Below, piece by piece: positions 41,182 to 54,600 of a stretch of DNA of 64,000 nt. How positions within the stretch are numbered: position 1 is the first letter of the stretch; each line of letters starts with the position of its first letter. This stretch comes from Entomortierella parvispora E1425 (lineage: Eukaryota > Fungi > Mortierellomycota): the NCBI GenBank assembly GCA_020891255.1, contig BQFW01000008.1, positions 3,224,001 through 3,288,000 on the forward strand, given 5' to 3'. The translations under genes were made by a program, and so were the position numbers. Under the pieces are notes generated by a model that saw only the letters and a program-made list of their open reading frames with translations, was not told the origin of the DNA and ran no database searches.

Positions 41182-42475
41182 AATAAAACCAAACGTGTAC
41201 TTGTACAAAAAAAAACTGGCCCTTGATTGGCAAATTGAGAAACAGATGGACTCGAAACAGATCCCTTTTTGCCCCCATCCCCCTGGAGGCAACCAAGACT
41301 GGAACGTCGCACAAAGATCCGGAGGACGGCGAACATGTGAGTCCCTGTTGAATGTTATTCAACACAAAGGTCAAAGTCTATCCCGACCCGGTGCAACACC
41401 AGCAGCAGCGGCAGCAGCGGCAGAAGTGACCCGAGTCCATCTGCGATTGCATCGATACGATTCTCAAAGTCATATCTGACAGTGCCCTATTTGACACGAT
41501 GGTTCAGCGTTTGACATGAGATATCGGTGTCCATCAGGCATGGATTGACACAGCAGCACACGGGGGGGTTGTGGTTGGTGAGAGATAACGGAGCAGAAGC
41601 AGATGACGCTCGGAGTCTGCAGGATGGATGGGCTAGTGTTTTGTGGAGTGTGGAGTACATGGCAGATGTGGAGCTGCGAGCCTGCAGGACGGGCGAGTGG
41701 GGTAGGTTGACCCAAAGAGCGCGAAAAGAGAGCTTTTTGGGGGAACGAGCTGTCCGTGATTGGTCGCGGCCAAAGGGGAGGAGGAGGATCTTCATCCTCT
41801 CCAACCAGCTGGACAGACAGACCCTCCGTAGAGTTGATTTCCCCCTTAGAGAGGGCGGAGGGACCAGGATCGAAACAATCGATTTCCATGTGAAAGAACA
41901 AAAGGGCAACCCCACCTCCTCTTTCTTGTGCGATGGATTGCACCACCGCCTGCCATTGTGGCCAGAGGCGAGTCGCCTCCCTCCCACGCCTTGTCCGCAC
42001 TCGCCCACAGAGCGACAGAGCGACAGACCGACAGAGAGTCGCTTTTCCCGCCCGGGCGGCAGTCAAGACGAGAGCGAGAGCGAGAAAAGAGACAGGATGA
42101 GAGCCAACAACGCAGGGCTGATCGTGGAGAAAGAAAAGAAACCGTAAAACGAAACGAAACGAAACGAAGCAGACCCAAAAAAAACAGACCATGCTGGGAG
42201 GGGAGGGCCCTTTTTTCAAACCCCACAACTTTGTCCTTCTCTCTGTCTGTCTGTTCTCCTTCTGTGTCTGTCTGTGTCCCTTCCCTCTCTTCTCTTCTCT
42301 CTTTGCTCTCCCCTTCTTTGCATTCATCCTCATTCATCCGATCCATATACTCCTCCTCCTCCTCCTCCTTGTCTGCACACTCATACGCTTACCCCCCCTC
42401 ATCCATTGCTGCATCGAGTCTCGTCCTCTCCGGTCTTTTGCATTTCTCTTCCATACTGAACCGTTCCTTTCTACT

Positions 42476-42478
<3 letters not shown>

Positions 42479-42521
<43 letters not shown>

Positions 42522-42526
42522 CACAC
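42479..42526. repeat. (AC)n microsatellite, about 18 perfect units, just upstream of the Opi1-like ATG
   Basis: Directly visible; ends about 10 nt before ATG 42537. Confidence 0.95.
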
Positions 42527-42536
42527 AACAAGCACC

Positions 42537-45500
42537 ATGCCGCCAGCCCCTGCCAAGGCCCAGGCCATGTCCATATCGCAGTTGTGCCAGCAGAACGACT
42601 CGGCGGAAGATTTGACCCAGCACCATCACCGCCCCATCAAACAGGAGCTGGACGAGGACCCTTTGGACCTCAGCGAGGATCACCATCGGACCAACGGCGG
42701 CCACAGTAACACTGGCCACTCCTCGGACGAATTTGAAGAGTTTGATGACAGCCCCTCCCGATCCAGAGCCAGCAGACCCGACCCAGCAGCGGAGCAACTG
42801 GCGGCCGAGGTGCTCGGAGATATGGCTAATGTGAATCGATCCTCCTCAGGCTCTTCCTCCTCCGCGTTTGCCGCACCAGCAACACCATTCATCTCTCGTA
42901 TGTCCAGTCTTCCCCTGGTCAACTCTGCCCTCAAAGCCTATGAGTCGGGCAAACAAAACAGCAAAGTGATGAAGGTGAGTTTTGCTTTAGCTTTTGACTT
43001 GTGCCTTGTTCACATCGAGTGGATATTCCTCCATCCCACAGAACTATTTGTTGAGACAGCGACATCACTTTTGGGCGTGGGGAAGCAGGGGTTGTGAGGG
43101 CATGACATTCGATACCCCTCCACAGACGCTCGTGCCCACGGCGTGGGCTGCTGCAACAAAGAGCATGATCATTGCCAAACATATGCATATCTCCCCTTCA
43201 CTCACATGCACCCGACCCTGATGCATTGGCTTGTTTCTGGTGTCCACCATATCAACGCGAGCACACACACACGCTCCCAACGACCTGTTTATTTCTTTGG
43301 AAAATGGTCAATGTCAAACAATGGTGTGGATGTTGGCTCTTTGTTTTGTTTGTTGTCCTCCACAACATCATTCCACACTTTCCCCACTTCCTTCCAATCG
43401 TTATCGCTATTATCCCTTTCAACGATCGCCATGCTCCTCCGACTTTGATCCGCTAGGTTGTGGGGTTGTTGGGAAATGATATTTCAGCTGTTTATTCATT
43501 TCGGGAAACTGAGAGCATTCTGCACAACTCATTCTCACGGATAAAAACGAGATGGATGAGGATCGATATCCATCATGCTTGGCATACCGCTCTCAGGTGG
43601 TCTGGGCTACCTTTCCTGTTGACACATACCACCCCATTGGTCATCAAAGACAGTGAACTGGTTATTTGTCCTTTGTTGAATTCAGTTTGCTGTGCTCTCC
43701 TCGACCATGCCAATTGCTCTCTCAATTCAGTTCACCATCTAAACAAAAAACAACGTTTGTGTGCCTTCCTGCTCGTTAGTATGGCGCCGAGATGGTCGAG
43801 TCAAGTGTAAAGTCGCTCTCCAAGCCTGTATTCGACAAGCTTGAGCCCAAGCTGGGTCAACTCGATGACTTTGCCTGCCGACAATTAGACAAGGTAACAT
43901 CGAGAGACATGGAGTGAGGTCTTTTGATATCCTTCTTGTGCTTGCTCGTACTTACAGTCACATCGTCATTAGGTCTATCCAACAAAGTCAGACGCGCAAA
44001 CCCTTCCCTCCCCTGCAAACTCTGCTCGATCCTCGAACGACATTACGCCCGAAAATCGACCCAACGGCAATGTTACTGCTACCGCCACCGGTTCTTACTT
44101 TCCATATCGTTCCCGAGGAGACAGCATCGATAGCACCTCCTCCAACACCAGTTCCCGGCAGAGTTTTGATATTCTTCGTTCACGCAGCGCGCGTCATGAA
44201 GAAGGTAATTCCTTTTCTACTGCAATTGCGTCATTCTTGAGGGTCCTTTGACATTGCTTGCTAACACCATGACACCATCACTTGCATCCACAGCCACATT
44301 AAGGCAGCGTTCGGATTCTCAGTCGAGTCAAAGGAGTTTCCAGCACCCTCCCGGAAACGGATACTATCCTCAATCGCAATCACACCAACAAGTCAGCAGC
44401 GTTTCTACCGCACCATCCCAACAGTTTTCAGGTTGGCGAGGTGTAGTGGCCACCGTGGGAACAGCCTCCGCGGCCGGAGTGGCCATTTTCAGTGAAGAGA
44501 GCATGAAGTCCCTCAAATATTGTCTTCAGTGGTTGCAGTATGCAGTCCAGCATATTGATCATCAAATTGGTCTCTTGCGCGCCTTCTTGGTCTCGCTGGC
44601 AAACCCTTCCCAGAACCGGGACTTGGTCGTGCCTTCGACTGCAGCCTCGACCTTGGCTTCCATCAAGAAGGAGGTGGTTGAAACCCTGCGCAAGGTCATC
44701 CAGGTTGTCTCTCGGTATGCAGGAGCATGTTTGCCTGATCAGGCAAAAATCAGTGTTCGCCAGTTTATCTTGTCGATGCCTGTCCGCTGGGCGACCTTGA
44801 ACAACAACGAGTCCGTGCCATCCACCCCCATGGGTTCTCCTTCGCTGGGACCCCGTGCTGACAGGTGCCCCGAAGAAGCAGCTGCTCTGAATGATACCTC
44901 TGAGAGGGCTACCAAGATTTTGGTTTTGGCTCACGAGTCGTCGGACATGCTCAAGTCCGTTGCATCCATCTTCAAGGACTCGGTCGACAAAGCCGAGAAC
45001 TGGATGGACAAATTGAGATATGTCGGTGTGAACCCTCAGAACAACAGCGAAGGTCTGCCCAGCTGGGCACCAACAGGATTCCCAGGCACCCCGGGTGGAT
45101 CCATGCCGGGCGGCTTCCCTGGAACAGGCGGCGGCAGCACTGGCCTTGAACAATACTCTTTGCGCCAATCTCAACAACATCACTCGTCTTCATCGTTGGC
45201 CGGAATGAACAATGACGGCGGCATCAGCAGCACCAACAGCAGCCACCCTTCCAGTGGTATGGGGTCTCCCTCCAAGAGTCTCAAATCGTCCCCATTCCAC
45301 CACTCTCACCGGCATGCCTATCGCCAAAAGGATAATGCCATGTCAGCAGATGAAGATTCCGCCAGTGAGGCTGAAGATCATATGGGAATGGACGACAGTG
45401 GCAACGAGCAAGAGATGGACGAAGCTGCACTGTTGGAGAGTGCCCTTGAAGGCGATCAAACTCCTGGGGTGCATGCACCATTGAAGCGCAGCATGGGATC

Positions 45501-45639
45501 AGCGACTGGAAACAGCGCCTCAGACAGCAGTGCCGTTCGCCGGCGCAAGAAGAGAGGGGAGAGCGCAGAGGCTGTATCATCCAATGGTCAGCATCACGAC
45601 GGATATAACCATGTCAAGGAGGAGCAGATGAACATGTAG
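42537..45639 (+). CDS. OPI1: Opi1-like transcriptional regulator, 4 exons
   Basis: LPLVNSALKAYE...YGAEMVES, SEESMKSLKYCLQWL, KKEVVETLRKVIQVVSRYAGACLPDQAK..VRQFILSMP.RW and KILVLAHESSDML motifs. Intron 1 is 42975-43779. Confidence 0.88.
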
Positions 45640-45710
45640 TGGACATTATTCCCACCCTCTGATCAGCCATTTTTGCAGACAGACAAACAGACAGGCAGCC
45701 CACTTTTGTA

Positions 45711-45733
45711 CCCCCCCCCCCCCCCCCCCCCCC
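45711..45733. repeat. Poly-C run (23 nt)
   Basis: Directly visible between the convergent Opi1-like and 740-aa genes. Confidence 0.9.
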
Positions 45734-45951
45734 TTCACGCCATGCCTTTTAACTAGTACTCTTACCCTCACCACCCCCTCTTGTATTCTACTCTTCACTT
45801 TTGACCTCATAGTGTATCAACATGTTTTGTCTATAGCCCCCCAGACCAATCGTCTATTTTTCCGAATATTTATTTTTTTTCCCTATAAATATGATTAAAA
45901 GGACAAGTCAACGAGAAAAAAAAAAGGGATATGTGGTGTGGTTCATAGCCT

Positions 45952-48174
45952 TCAAGCATTGGTGGCAGTCTGTTGAAGGATAGTCTCCAATTCTGGACTC
46001 CAGATATCGACGCATTTCTGGGCATTGAGGCTCAGCGCCAAGGCCTTGAGAGTTGCTGTATCGCTTCCTGCGGCTATTTTGAGTGTCGCAGGAGAACCGC
46101 CTGTTGTCGTCGTGGTGGGGGATGGACCGCCACAAAGCATCTCGGATGCAACCATGACCGTCGCCAGGGCCTTGTCCAAGTTCCAGGACCAGTGCCTCTG
46201 ATCCATCATCACCACATTTTCCCCCGAGATTGCGATCTGGTTCATGTCGGCCAACGTCCTCGTGGCAAGACTGTGCGAGAGGATCAAGAGTTTTGAATGG
46301 TGCACCCAATGTGCGATCCAGCGAGACCATTCCTCCTGCATGATCACCTTGTCCGCCGACAGGAAAAAATCATTTTGCAGACCATCCCGCCGATGCAACG
46401 AATGGTGCTTTGTTTTCTTGATCGAGCCCAATACTTCGTTCTCATGATCTTCGTCATCATCATCGGCGTCCTCGAGACTGAGACTGGGCATGTGAAAGCC
46501 GGTGGAGGGCACTGTAGAGGAAACAGAGATGGCCATGTCACCTTCAGTTTCGAAATCCTCTCCACCCAAAAAGAGTCCCTCCGATTCGACAGACATTTCA
46601 GCGACAATCTCTTGGTCGTTTTCGAAAGCTGCTACCGGCTGGTTCCTTGATGAACTGTCCTTGCTCTTGGATGATGGCGAGGGGGAGGAGGAGGAGGAGG
46701 AGGAGGAGGAGGATGTGCCACCGCTCTTGCGACGAACACCCATCACCCAATCCTTGAGATCCTTGATAATGCGGTCTTCAAGCTTCTGAACCATGTCCTC
46801 TTGGGTGGCGATCAAAAACTCTTTTGTCTGTGGAGCGGTTGATTCCATGCCATAGAAGAGCGTCTCCCGGCTCCGGAGGTGATTCATGACATATTGGATC
46901 TGGACAGACAGTTTCGACAGGATAGAGTCTCTCAGCTTGGGCAGACAAGATCGGGAAGAGCAGAGGAGAATGGGGCCATTGGCGCCTGTTCCGCCGAGAT
47001 TCGCGTTCTGGTCCTGATGGTGGTGTTTATGGTGCCGCCCATCCTTGTCGCTATGGTGCCGATGCTTTCTGCTGCGATCCTCTTGCTCCTTGTCGTCGTC
47101 CACCTCAGACTCGTCATTGTCATCTCGTCCATCTCCTCCATGCTTGAGATTGGTAGGGAAATGGTCATGTTTGTCTTCATCGTATCCTTCGTCATCGTCT
47201 TCATTGACATTTCTGTTGTTTGATCTTGAGCCATTGATGCCGATTTCCTGCTTTCGGCGTTTTGAACCTCTATGATGGTCGTCTTCCTCTTTCTCCTCCC
47301 TGTCTTCGTCATCGTCATCGTCATCTTTGCTGCCTCTGCGGGAGAGATTCAAAATGACCATCTCGTCTTCAGATGCGAGGTCATCAGCATTGACGGCATC
47401 GGATGACAAGTCGCCTCCAGTCGAGGAAGAGAGGTCCAAAACGACGACGTTTTGACTTTCCATGCCTCGAGGAACCGTGGCTAGCATTCGCTCCTCTACG
47501 TCCTCAATCAATTCTGCAATCTCGCTCGCGTCAAGGTCATTTCCAATATGAACAGTCTGCCCACCTGGAAAGTTCAAGATGGCATCCCATTCCCTAGGAA
47601 TGTCTTCGTCCTCGTCCTCTTCTTCTGGGTCATCGCCATCATCGCTGTCATCATCCTCTTCATCCTCCTCGTCCTCGTCCTCGTCCTCATCCGCCATACC
47701 CGAGTGCTCCAAATCTTGCGTTGCCAACCATGAGACTCTTTCCTGGGTATGGCAAGAAGCAATGGTCGAATCTGCTGATTTTCCTCTCACGATCTTTGTG
47801 ATGGAGGTGGTAGAGGAAGAGGTAGTGCTGGTCTTGAGAGGGATAATTGGCCATGAAGAGGAAGAGAGAACTCCATTTGCAAACAAAGATCTGAATCGAT
47901 CGCGTGCCGTTGTTGTGGACGAAGGTCCGAAAAAAGTAGCTGGTGGTGCTCCTGCATTGGTAGACAGGTAGTAAAGACTTGTGACGATTAAAACAGCCAT
48001 CGCCAGAGGAAGACTGAGAATCAACCAAGGCCGTCGAGACACTGCAGGGCGATTCGTCTGAAAATCATTGGTCGTGCCAGTGTCATGGAGGTTGCTCTTG
48101 AGTATTGGCTGTTGGTGCGTGACCCGGGAGGCTTGACCAAGGTTAGCGATAGGTAAAAGTGAGCTGGGCTGCAT
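45952..48174 (-). CDS. Hypothetical single-pass membrane protein with Asp/Glu- and His-rich tracts (740 aa)
   Basis: Long intronless ORF with a TM segment PWLILSLPLAMAVLIVTSLYYL and acidic and poly-His tracts. No family recognised. Confidence 0.75.
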   Translation of the reverse strand: MQPSSLLPIANLGQASRVTHQQPILKSNLHDTGTTNDFQTNRPAVSRRPWLILSLPLAMAVLIVTSLYYLSTNAGAPPATFFGPSSTTTARDRFRSLFANGVLSSSSWPIIPLKTSTTSSSTTSITKIVRGKSADSTIASCHTQERVSWLATQDLEHSGMADEDEDEDEEDEEDDDSDDGDDPEEEDEDEDIPREWDAILNFPGGQTVHIGNDLDASEIAELIEDVEERMLATVPRGMESQNVVVLDLSSSTGGDLSSDAVNADDLASEDEMVILNLSRRGSKDDDDDDEDREEKEEDDHHRGSKRRKQEIGINGSRSNNRNVNEDDDEGYDEDKHDHFPTNLKHGGDGRDDNDESEVDDDKEQEDRSRKHRHHSDKDGRHHKHHHQDQNANLGGTGANGPILLCSSRSCLPKLRDSILSKLSVQIQYVMNHLRSRETLFYGMESTAPQTKEFLIATQEDMVQKLEDRIIKDLKDWVMGVRRKSGGTSSSSSSSSSSPSPSSKSKDSSSRNQPVAAFENDQEIVAEMSVESEGLFLGGEDFETEGDMAISVSSTVPSTGFHMPSLSLEDADDDDEDHENEVLGSIKKTKHHSLHRRDGLQNDFFLSADKVIMQEEWSRWIAHWVHHSKLLILSHSLATRTLADMNQIAISGENVVMMDQRHWSWNLDKALATVMVASEMLCGGPSPTTTTTGGSPATLKIAAGSDTATLKALALSLNAQKCVDIWSPELETILQQTATNA

Positions 48175-49659
48175 TTTTAGGCACTAGGATGATGAAGACC
48201 AGCAGGGTAGGTCAAAAAGGTAAAAAAAAAGAGAACCATGCTGTCTTCGTAGAAAGAGTGCAGGGCAGATCGAGCGAGAGTGGCTAAAGTTGGATCATTG
48301 GTCTAGATTGAGACGCGACCAGGTTCAAATTGCAATTGATCGCCAACGGTACTTCGTCCCGTGGGAGCGGGTTAGTTTGTTCAGCTTGCCTGTTCAGGGT
48401 GAGAACCAGGTTCTATTCCACCCTGAAGTTTCGTCCTCTCCCTTCCAGCAGTATCAAATCACTGTTGTTCATGACGGGCGACAGCCTCGGATTGAGTACC
48501 ATGCCTCACGCGTGTTTTGTCCAGAAACATGTGGCTTCAAAGGTATGAAAAGATAGAGATCATTCCTAAATTGTTTGCTGAGCACGCCATAAACACATGG
48601 GCACACAAACAGCAGGAGGTGTTTGTGCGATGCACTGCAAACACGTCGACAGACTCCAATTCGCAATCACACGAGTCAGCTACACTGTGGGGAGTAAAAA
48701 AAAGTGGACAAGGGGAACACTGCTGCGGTCGGTGTGTTGTATCTCTGTGCGTGTGGATACATGTTTGTGGGTGTGGGTGGGTGTGGGAAGGAGGCGCAAG
48801 GTTGAAAGAGCGAGAGAGGGACATGGGAGCAATGGTGTCCAGACCATCGGGGTTCTGTTGCACCTCAGCCTTGACGCCCACTGATCGAGTGTGGCCATGG
48901 TGGGTGGGTCAATTTCATGGGTCACTCACCACCACTCATTTGGTCAGGTACATGCACATAGGGGCAGGGCAGGGCAGGGGAGCGGGTGTGTGGTGTCAGA
49001 GTCTGGATAATCTACGTGTCAAAAACAGATGTGGATGACCTTCCCTTCCAAGGTCCATCGTTGTGAACACCAAAAACGTTTTTCCTCTCTTGGGCCGCCA
49101 TGTGGTGTTTTTGGCATCTGTGCGGAGTGAGAACGGTTTGCTTCGAACTGCATCCTGTCGTCTTTGAATAGAGAAGCTGGGTTGCTACAAGGGACATGGT
49201 ATCAAGAATAGCTACATATGTGTCCTTTTTGGACTGCAGACAAAAGGTTCTGGAAGCTGAAGAAGAGGCAGGAGAAAGGCCGCTCCAACAAGACCTGGGC
49301 TCGAGGAACATTCGACTGTCAGGGCATCACTTTTCTCAATGATAGTAATGAGTGATACCATTGGTAGGACACTCCCACCTCCGTTCCAAACTGCGACCCA
49401 TGGTCGAAACTTATTACCAACTCTTCCCGTTTCCTTCATTGACCATTCTCTCTGAGAGCAAAACCATGTTGGCTCTTGACCATGGGCCAAGGCAAAAGAA
49501 AGTAAAATGAATTATGTATTTGTTTTTTTTTTCTATATTACAGATGCGGGCTTTGGGTATGTTTTTTTGGGTGGGGTAGTTATATACAGGACGGGCGACG
49601 TTATTTACAGCGGAAGTGAATGAGGTTGCTGAGAAGCAGAAGGAAACGGGAGGCGTGGT

Positions 49660-50109
49660 CTACCAAAAGTATCCACCCTTTTTGCTGTTGCTTGTTGTCG
49701 TCGAGATGTTCGTCGAGTATTGAGGACCCGTGGAGGACTTCCGGCGCAAGTCCAAATAGTTCTGGTTCGAGATCGTTGTCGTCGTGGCTGGGTGGCCAAG
49801 AGAGAACGCAGGAGGAGAAATACGACCAGATGTCGTCTTGTGGTAAAGATAGTTGGTCGAGGGCGAGGTGGGTGGTGATGGGTAGACTGCAGATGATGAG
49901 TTGAAGCTTGTCAAAGTGGGCGAGGAAAGAGGCGAGCTGGCCGCAGTCTTTGCACGAGGGAAGGTCTGGAGATCGGCTGGGTATGCATAGCCAAGTGTAG
50001 GGTGCGTTGCCATGGCGTCTGCCTTCTTGCATCGGTCAGAGCAATAGAGAGAGGCTTCCCAGGCAAGAGGGATATGTTGTTCGCAGACGGGGCACCAGTT
50101 AAGATCCAT
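49660..50109 (-). CDS. Ecl1-family zinc-binding protein
   Basis: MDLNWCPVCEQHI...LYCSDRCKKAD four-Cys motif followed by a Ser/Pro-rich tail. Confidence 0.8.
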   Translation of the reverse strand: MDLNWCPVCEQHIPLAWEASLYCSDRCKKADAMATHPTLGYAYPADLQTFPRAKTAASSPLSSPTLTSFNSSSAVYPSPPTSPSTNYLYHKTTSGRISPPAFSLGHPATTTTISNQNYLDLRRKSSTGPQYSTNISTTTSNSKKGGYFW

Positions 50110-51646
50110 TGTAGGTGATATTTGATTGTGAGAGGATCGAAGACTTGGGAGTAGTAGAAGGCTGATGGCCTGTGCGATTGAGTCGAGAGGAGAGTGGTGA
50201 AGGTGGCAGTTTCTGAGCTGTTGTAGAGAACAGAGAGAGGTAAGAAAGAAGAAGGTGTGGGGTCAGGAACACGGCCCGGGTATTTATATGAGAAACGAGA
50301 AAAGAAAAAAGAGGCACAGTCCACCTGTCAAACCACCCGCGGGCCAGCTGTTTGCCTCGTTTTGAGTTGTTGCGATGTGATAGACGGATGGGATCATTCG
50401 CCTTGGGTGCTCTCCTCATCCTTGGCACGCAAGGGAATATCATAATAGAGTAAAGGGTGACTCGATTCAATTGGAAACACAAAGAGACGACAAAAATGAC
50501 TAACGAGCTCCTGGCTCTGTCCTCGCCTGTGATTCGTCCGATTCGTGCAAAGGCCATTCTCCCCAAAAAAGAGTCATCTTTTGAGTGTGCACCTTGTTTT
50601 CTTGCTGCTCCACGCAGCCCTCATTTTCATACAACTCTCTTTTTTTTTGCTTTTGCGTTTTCAAGAGCAGCGACAAAGTGGCCAAGAGGCCATCCACAGA
50701 GCAGGGCAAGCTGGTTTCTATTCTCGAAATTCTCCCATCCTCGCCCGTTCGCACGACTTTTTGTTTCATGCTTACTATAAGAGGAGGGCAGCTTCAATTC
50801 AATTGTGGGGTTTTGTGCCTTGTGGGTCTATGGACAAACGACAAACCTGAATACGTGATTGACTGGCCGCTGATGCTCAGGTTGGCCCTTGCAAATAAAT
50901 ATATTCTCCTTGTGGTGATACTGTTCTCATCGAAGCCTTCCGGGTTTACAGTTACAAGGAAGGGGACCTTTTCTTCTTCAGATCCATCAGCGACAATCTC
51001 ATAGCCAACATGCTGATGTGCTGTGTTACTGGTCTGTTGCTATGCCTTCAAAGGGATGGAGGATCGGCTGTTGAGAATGAGGCGAGAGTCACAGGCGGAT
51101 CGAACATAGTCGCACCAAAGTGCACGCCACCGACTTCGTCCTGCTGTCGCCATCCGCAGACGATATTGGAGTAATTGACGAAATGGAGCAAAACTCTTGA
51201 CTGCGCCCATCAACAATAATAGCGGAATTGCTTTCTGAAAGACGTGCCTGGCAGCTGTGGCGGCTATGGTCAAATGAACCACGTAGTGTCATGTTTGGTG
51301 GCGCAATGGCGCCTTCGACCTTCGACGCTGTTCTGGAGCATTCGATCTGCACACAAGTTGCTTCTATCTACTACAGCCTGAACGCGCCCCTTCTACTTTT
51401 CTCAGGCATGAATGCAGGAGCGATTGATCGAGAGTAGCAGTCGACCGCAGCAGATAGAAACAAAACAGACACAAGGGGGCTGGGACAGAATCGCAGAAAA
51501 CGCTGTGACTGTCCTACCTAGGCGCGCGCTCCCTTCGCTCCCTTTCGTCAAAACAGACCCGCCCAGTCTGTTTCCTCACCCTGACGCGCCGTCATTGCCT
51601 CTTCCATCTGTCCATCCCGTCCTTACGCCTGCAGTAGAGATCCCTC

Positions 51647-54600
51647 ATGTCAGAGCAGGAGGCGCTTCATCAGGACGACCGCGAAGACTGCCCTACGCCA
51701 CCATCTAATCAAGGCATCAGCATGGCATCAGGAATCTCAATTTCACTGCCTACTAGCTCGACATTGCCTCGAGCGGATTCTGCAAAGGGCTTGCAACGAC
51801 TGGCACGGCTCCCTCCAAGAAAGGAGCCTGAAACCGAGGCCACATCTTCAACAGTACCACCGCCTGTTTTGAAACAGGATCAAGAGCCGGGAGTAGAGGT
51901 GCAGGCCGCTGCTGTCGATCCAATACAAACGACCAAACCTGTTTTTTCTTTGTTTTTGACTCCAGATCAGCGGAAACAAAAACAAAAGCAAGAAGCAGAG
52001 GCGTCTGCATCCGACACCAGCAAGGGTCGGCGAGGTCGAAAGCCAAAGCCCAAATCTGGAGTAGCCCAGTCATTGCCGGCGTCAACACCGACCCCAGCAG
52101 CTTCAACCCCAGCGGATGTCAAACCAATCGTGGATCCCAATATCTCCAAAACAGGCGAAACGCATAGATTCTTTCAGGAAGTCAGGGCCTCGAAATTGCT
52201 CGCTACAGAGTCTGCTTCAGGGAAAGGGTCTGAGGACGAGTCCATCTGGAAGAAGAAAAGGTGGCATGGAGTCACTCCACAATCTTCACGACTACCTCAT
52301 CAGCATGAGCATTTTCACGGAAAAGAGACGATCGACACTATCAACGGCGTGGTGGCAAGGATTTGTGGGATTGACGCTTACTCTCCTTTGTCCAAGCCTT
52401 CAGCTACCGCCCTGGATTCATTACAATCGTTTAGTAAAGGTCGAGCTCGGTCTAGCAAGCTGGCTCACCTCAAAAGGGATCCGGACGATCTTTGGTATTC
52501 ACTAAGGTCAGCCCCAGATCTGGGTATCACAGCGCCAGATATCAAGCTGAAGTCTGCAGGAGGTGACACCTGGACACACTGGCGTAGCACCAAACCAATG
52601 AAAAGTTCGGGAACAGATGGCGTACCATCAACATCAACGGGAGAGTCACCGCTTATTGATCGGGAGTCTGTCTTCAGGGAGTGGGCTGAGAGGCCAACAA
52701 GACTCTATAGACCAAGCGCCCGGGATCGGGATATATTAAGTCACCACTCTGATCCGGTTGAGTTTGAGTCGTGTCAGAGGCTTGCTCCAGATCAACCATT
52801 ATGGAATCAAACATGGGCTACCGCATTGCTCTCGACCCCCTCAACAGCCACCATGACATGTGACAGCCCCACAACGGCTCCAAGAACCATACTTCCGTCG
52901 GCCATGGAATTGCCACCGGAACTAAAAGTCGGCGAACTATGGACCGAGAAATACCGGCCAACACAGGGAGTAGAAGTCTTGGGCAACCGCGCCAACACGG
53001 AGTATCTGACGCAATGGCTCCGGGGACTCGAAGTCTCTGGATGGACCCTTAATCCCGAAGAGCAGACTGCTACTGTTTCAACGGTGACCGCTAATGCGGG
53101 GGCCGCTGGGGCGAGGAAACGGCGTCCGCCAAAGCGGGCTCGACGCAAGGATCTCGCGGACTTGGATGACTTTATTGTTTACGGTGACGATGCGGACGAC
53201 TTTGAGGACCCATACGGCAACAGTGGCTATGTCAGCGAGGATGAGAACTACGAATTTTTTGGTGTTGTGAAGCCAATATCGTCACTGTCGCAGGTTGTAA
53301 GGCCTGAGATGGCTGTGAAAGAGAATGATCCGGTCATGGGCGAACTAGGCACGAGTCGAATCCTACCGAAGCAATTCGATATCAAGTCCAACACCATCCT
53401 CTTGAGCGGACCTATTGGAAGTGGCAAAACCGCAGCCGTATATGCTTGTGCCGAAGAGAGCGGATACGAAGTCTTCGAGGTGTCACCAGGAACTAGAAGG
53501 ACGGGCAAAGATTTGCTAGGATTGGTCGGAGAGATGGCAGAGAACCACCACGTGCACGTCGTAGCAGGAGGTCGAACAGCAGTAACTGAGGATATCAACC
53601 ATGCTGTATCCAATGCCGCTCATTCGCAAGGAAGCACCCCAGCAGTAGCGCCTACTCCAGTGAAATCGACCATCCAGTCTTTCTTTCAGCAACAACAGAA
53701 GCAGCAAGCACCTGAGAGTATCTCAACCGAAGACTCTGAGATGGCAGATGCGACCGAGATTGACATCGAAGGGGACTCTACTGATAGCGGTGAAGACTAC
53801 AGCAGGGTGGCGTTTACCAAAGCACAGAACAGCACTCCAACATTGGAAACGCGAATATCACAATCACCGTCGACCCAATGCTCCTCTCCGTCGGCATCAC
53901 CGTCAAAGTCTGCCATGGACGAGGACTTTAAAAAGGAATCAGTCAATGATGACTTGGCATTCCATGAGGATACCCTTTCAGATTTGTACTCCCTTTTGGC
54001 AACAACCAATCCTCGACAATCTTTGATCTTGTTGGAGGAGGTTGATGTTTTATTCGAGGAAGACAAAGGGTTTTGGTCGAGTGTTATGACTTTGCTTGCA
54101 AAGAGCAAGAGGCCTGTGGTCATGACATGCAACGGTAAATAGACGGAGATATATGGACTACTTATGAAGTGAAGCTTCGCCCAGTTTTTTTTGGAACTAA
54201 CGAGTTCTATGGGCATTTTCAATTTTTAGATACTTCAAAGATTCCACCGATGACACTTCGATTTCAGGAACACCTGGAGTTTACACGACCCAGTCTACCA
54301 GAACTTCATCACTATCTGTCAGCAGTCTGTAGGATCGAGGGCTTTATCTGTTCATCCGAGTACATCACTGCGTTAATTCGGCAGCAGGGACGACATGATG
54401 TGAGGAAATGCTTGATGCAGCTTCAGTACGACGCTGGACTCACACGAAAACGAAGACTATCTCCGTATTCGACACCGACGACAATCGAAGCACGCTCCAG
54501 ATCGCCAGCGGAGCAAGTATCTCCTTTGGAAGAAGTTGCTTCGACCCCAAGCCAATCTGTTACCCCAGTTGTTGAGACGCCACCATCTCCATCGCCTGTT

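Noticed and set aside
41470-42536. Long overlapping ORFs (287, 206 aa and the 5' part of the 389-aa ORF)
   Set aside because: Low-complexity promoter/5'UTR sequence with microsatellites; no protein-like content before ATG 42537.
50850-51400. Short minus-strand ORFs between the Ecl1-like gene and ELG1
   Set aside because: No consistent start, splice pattern or recognisable motif.
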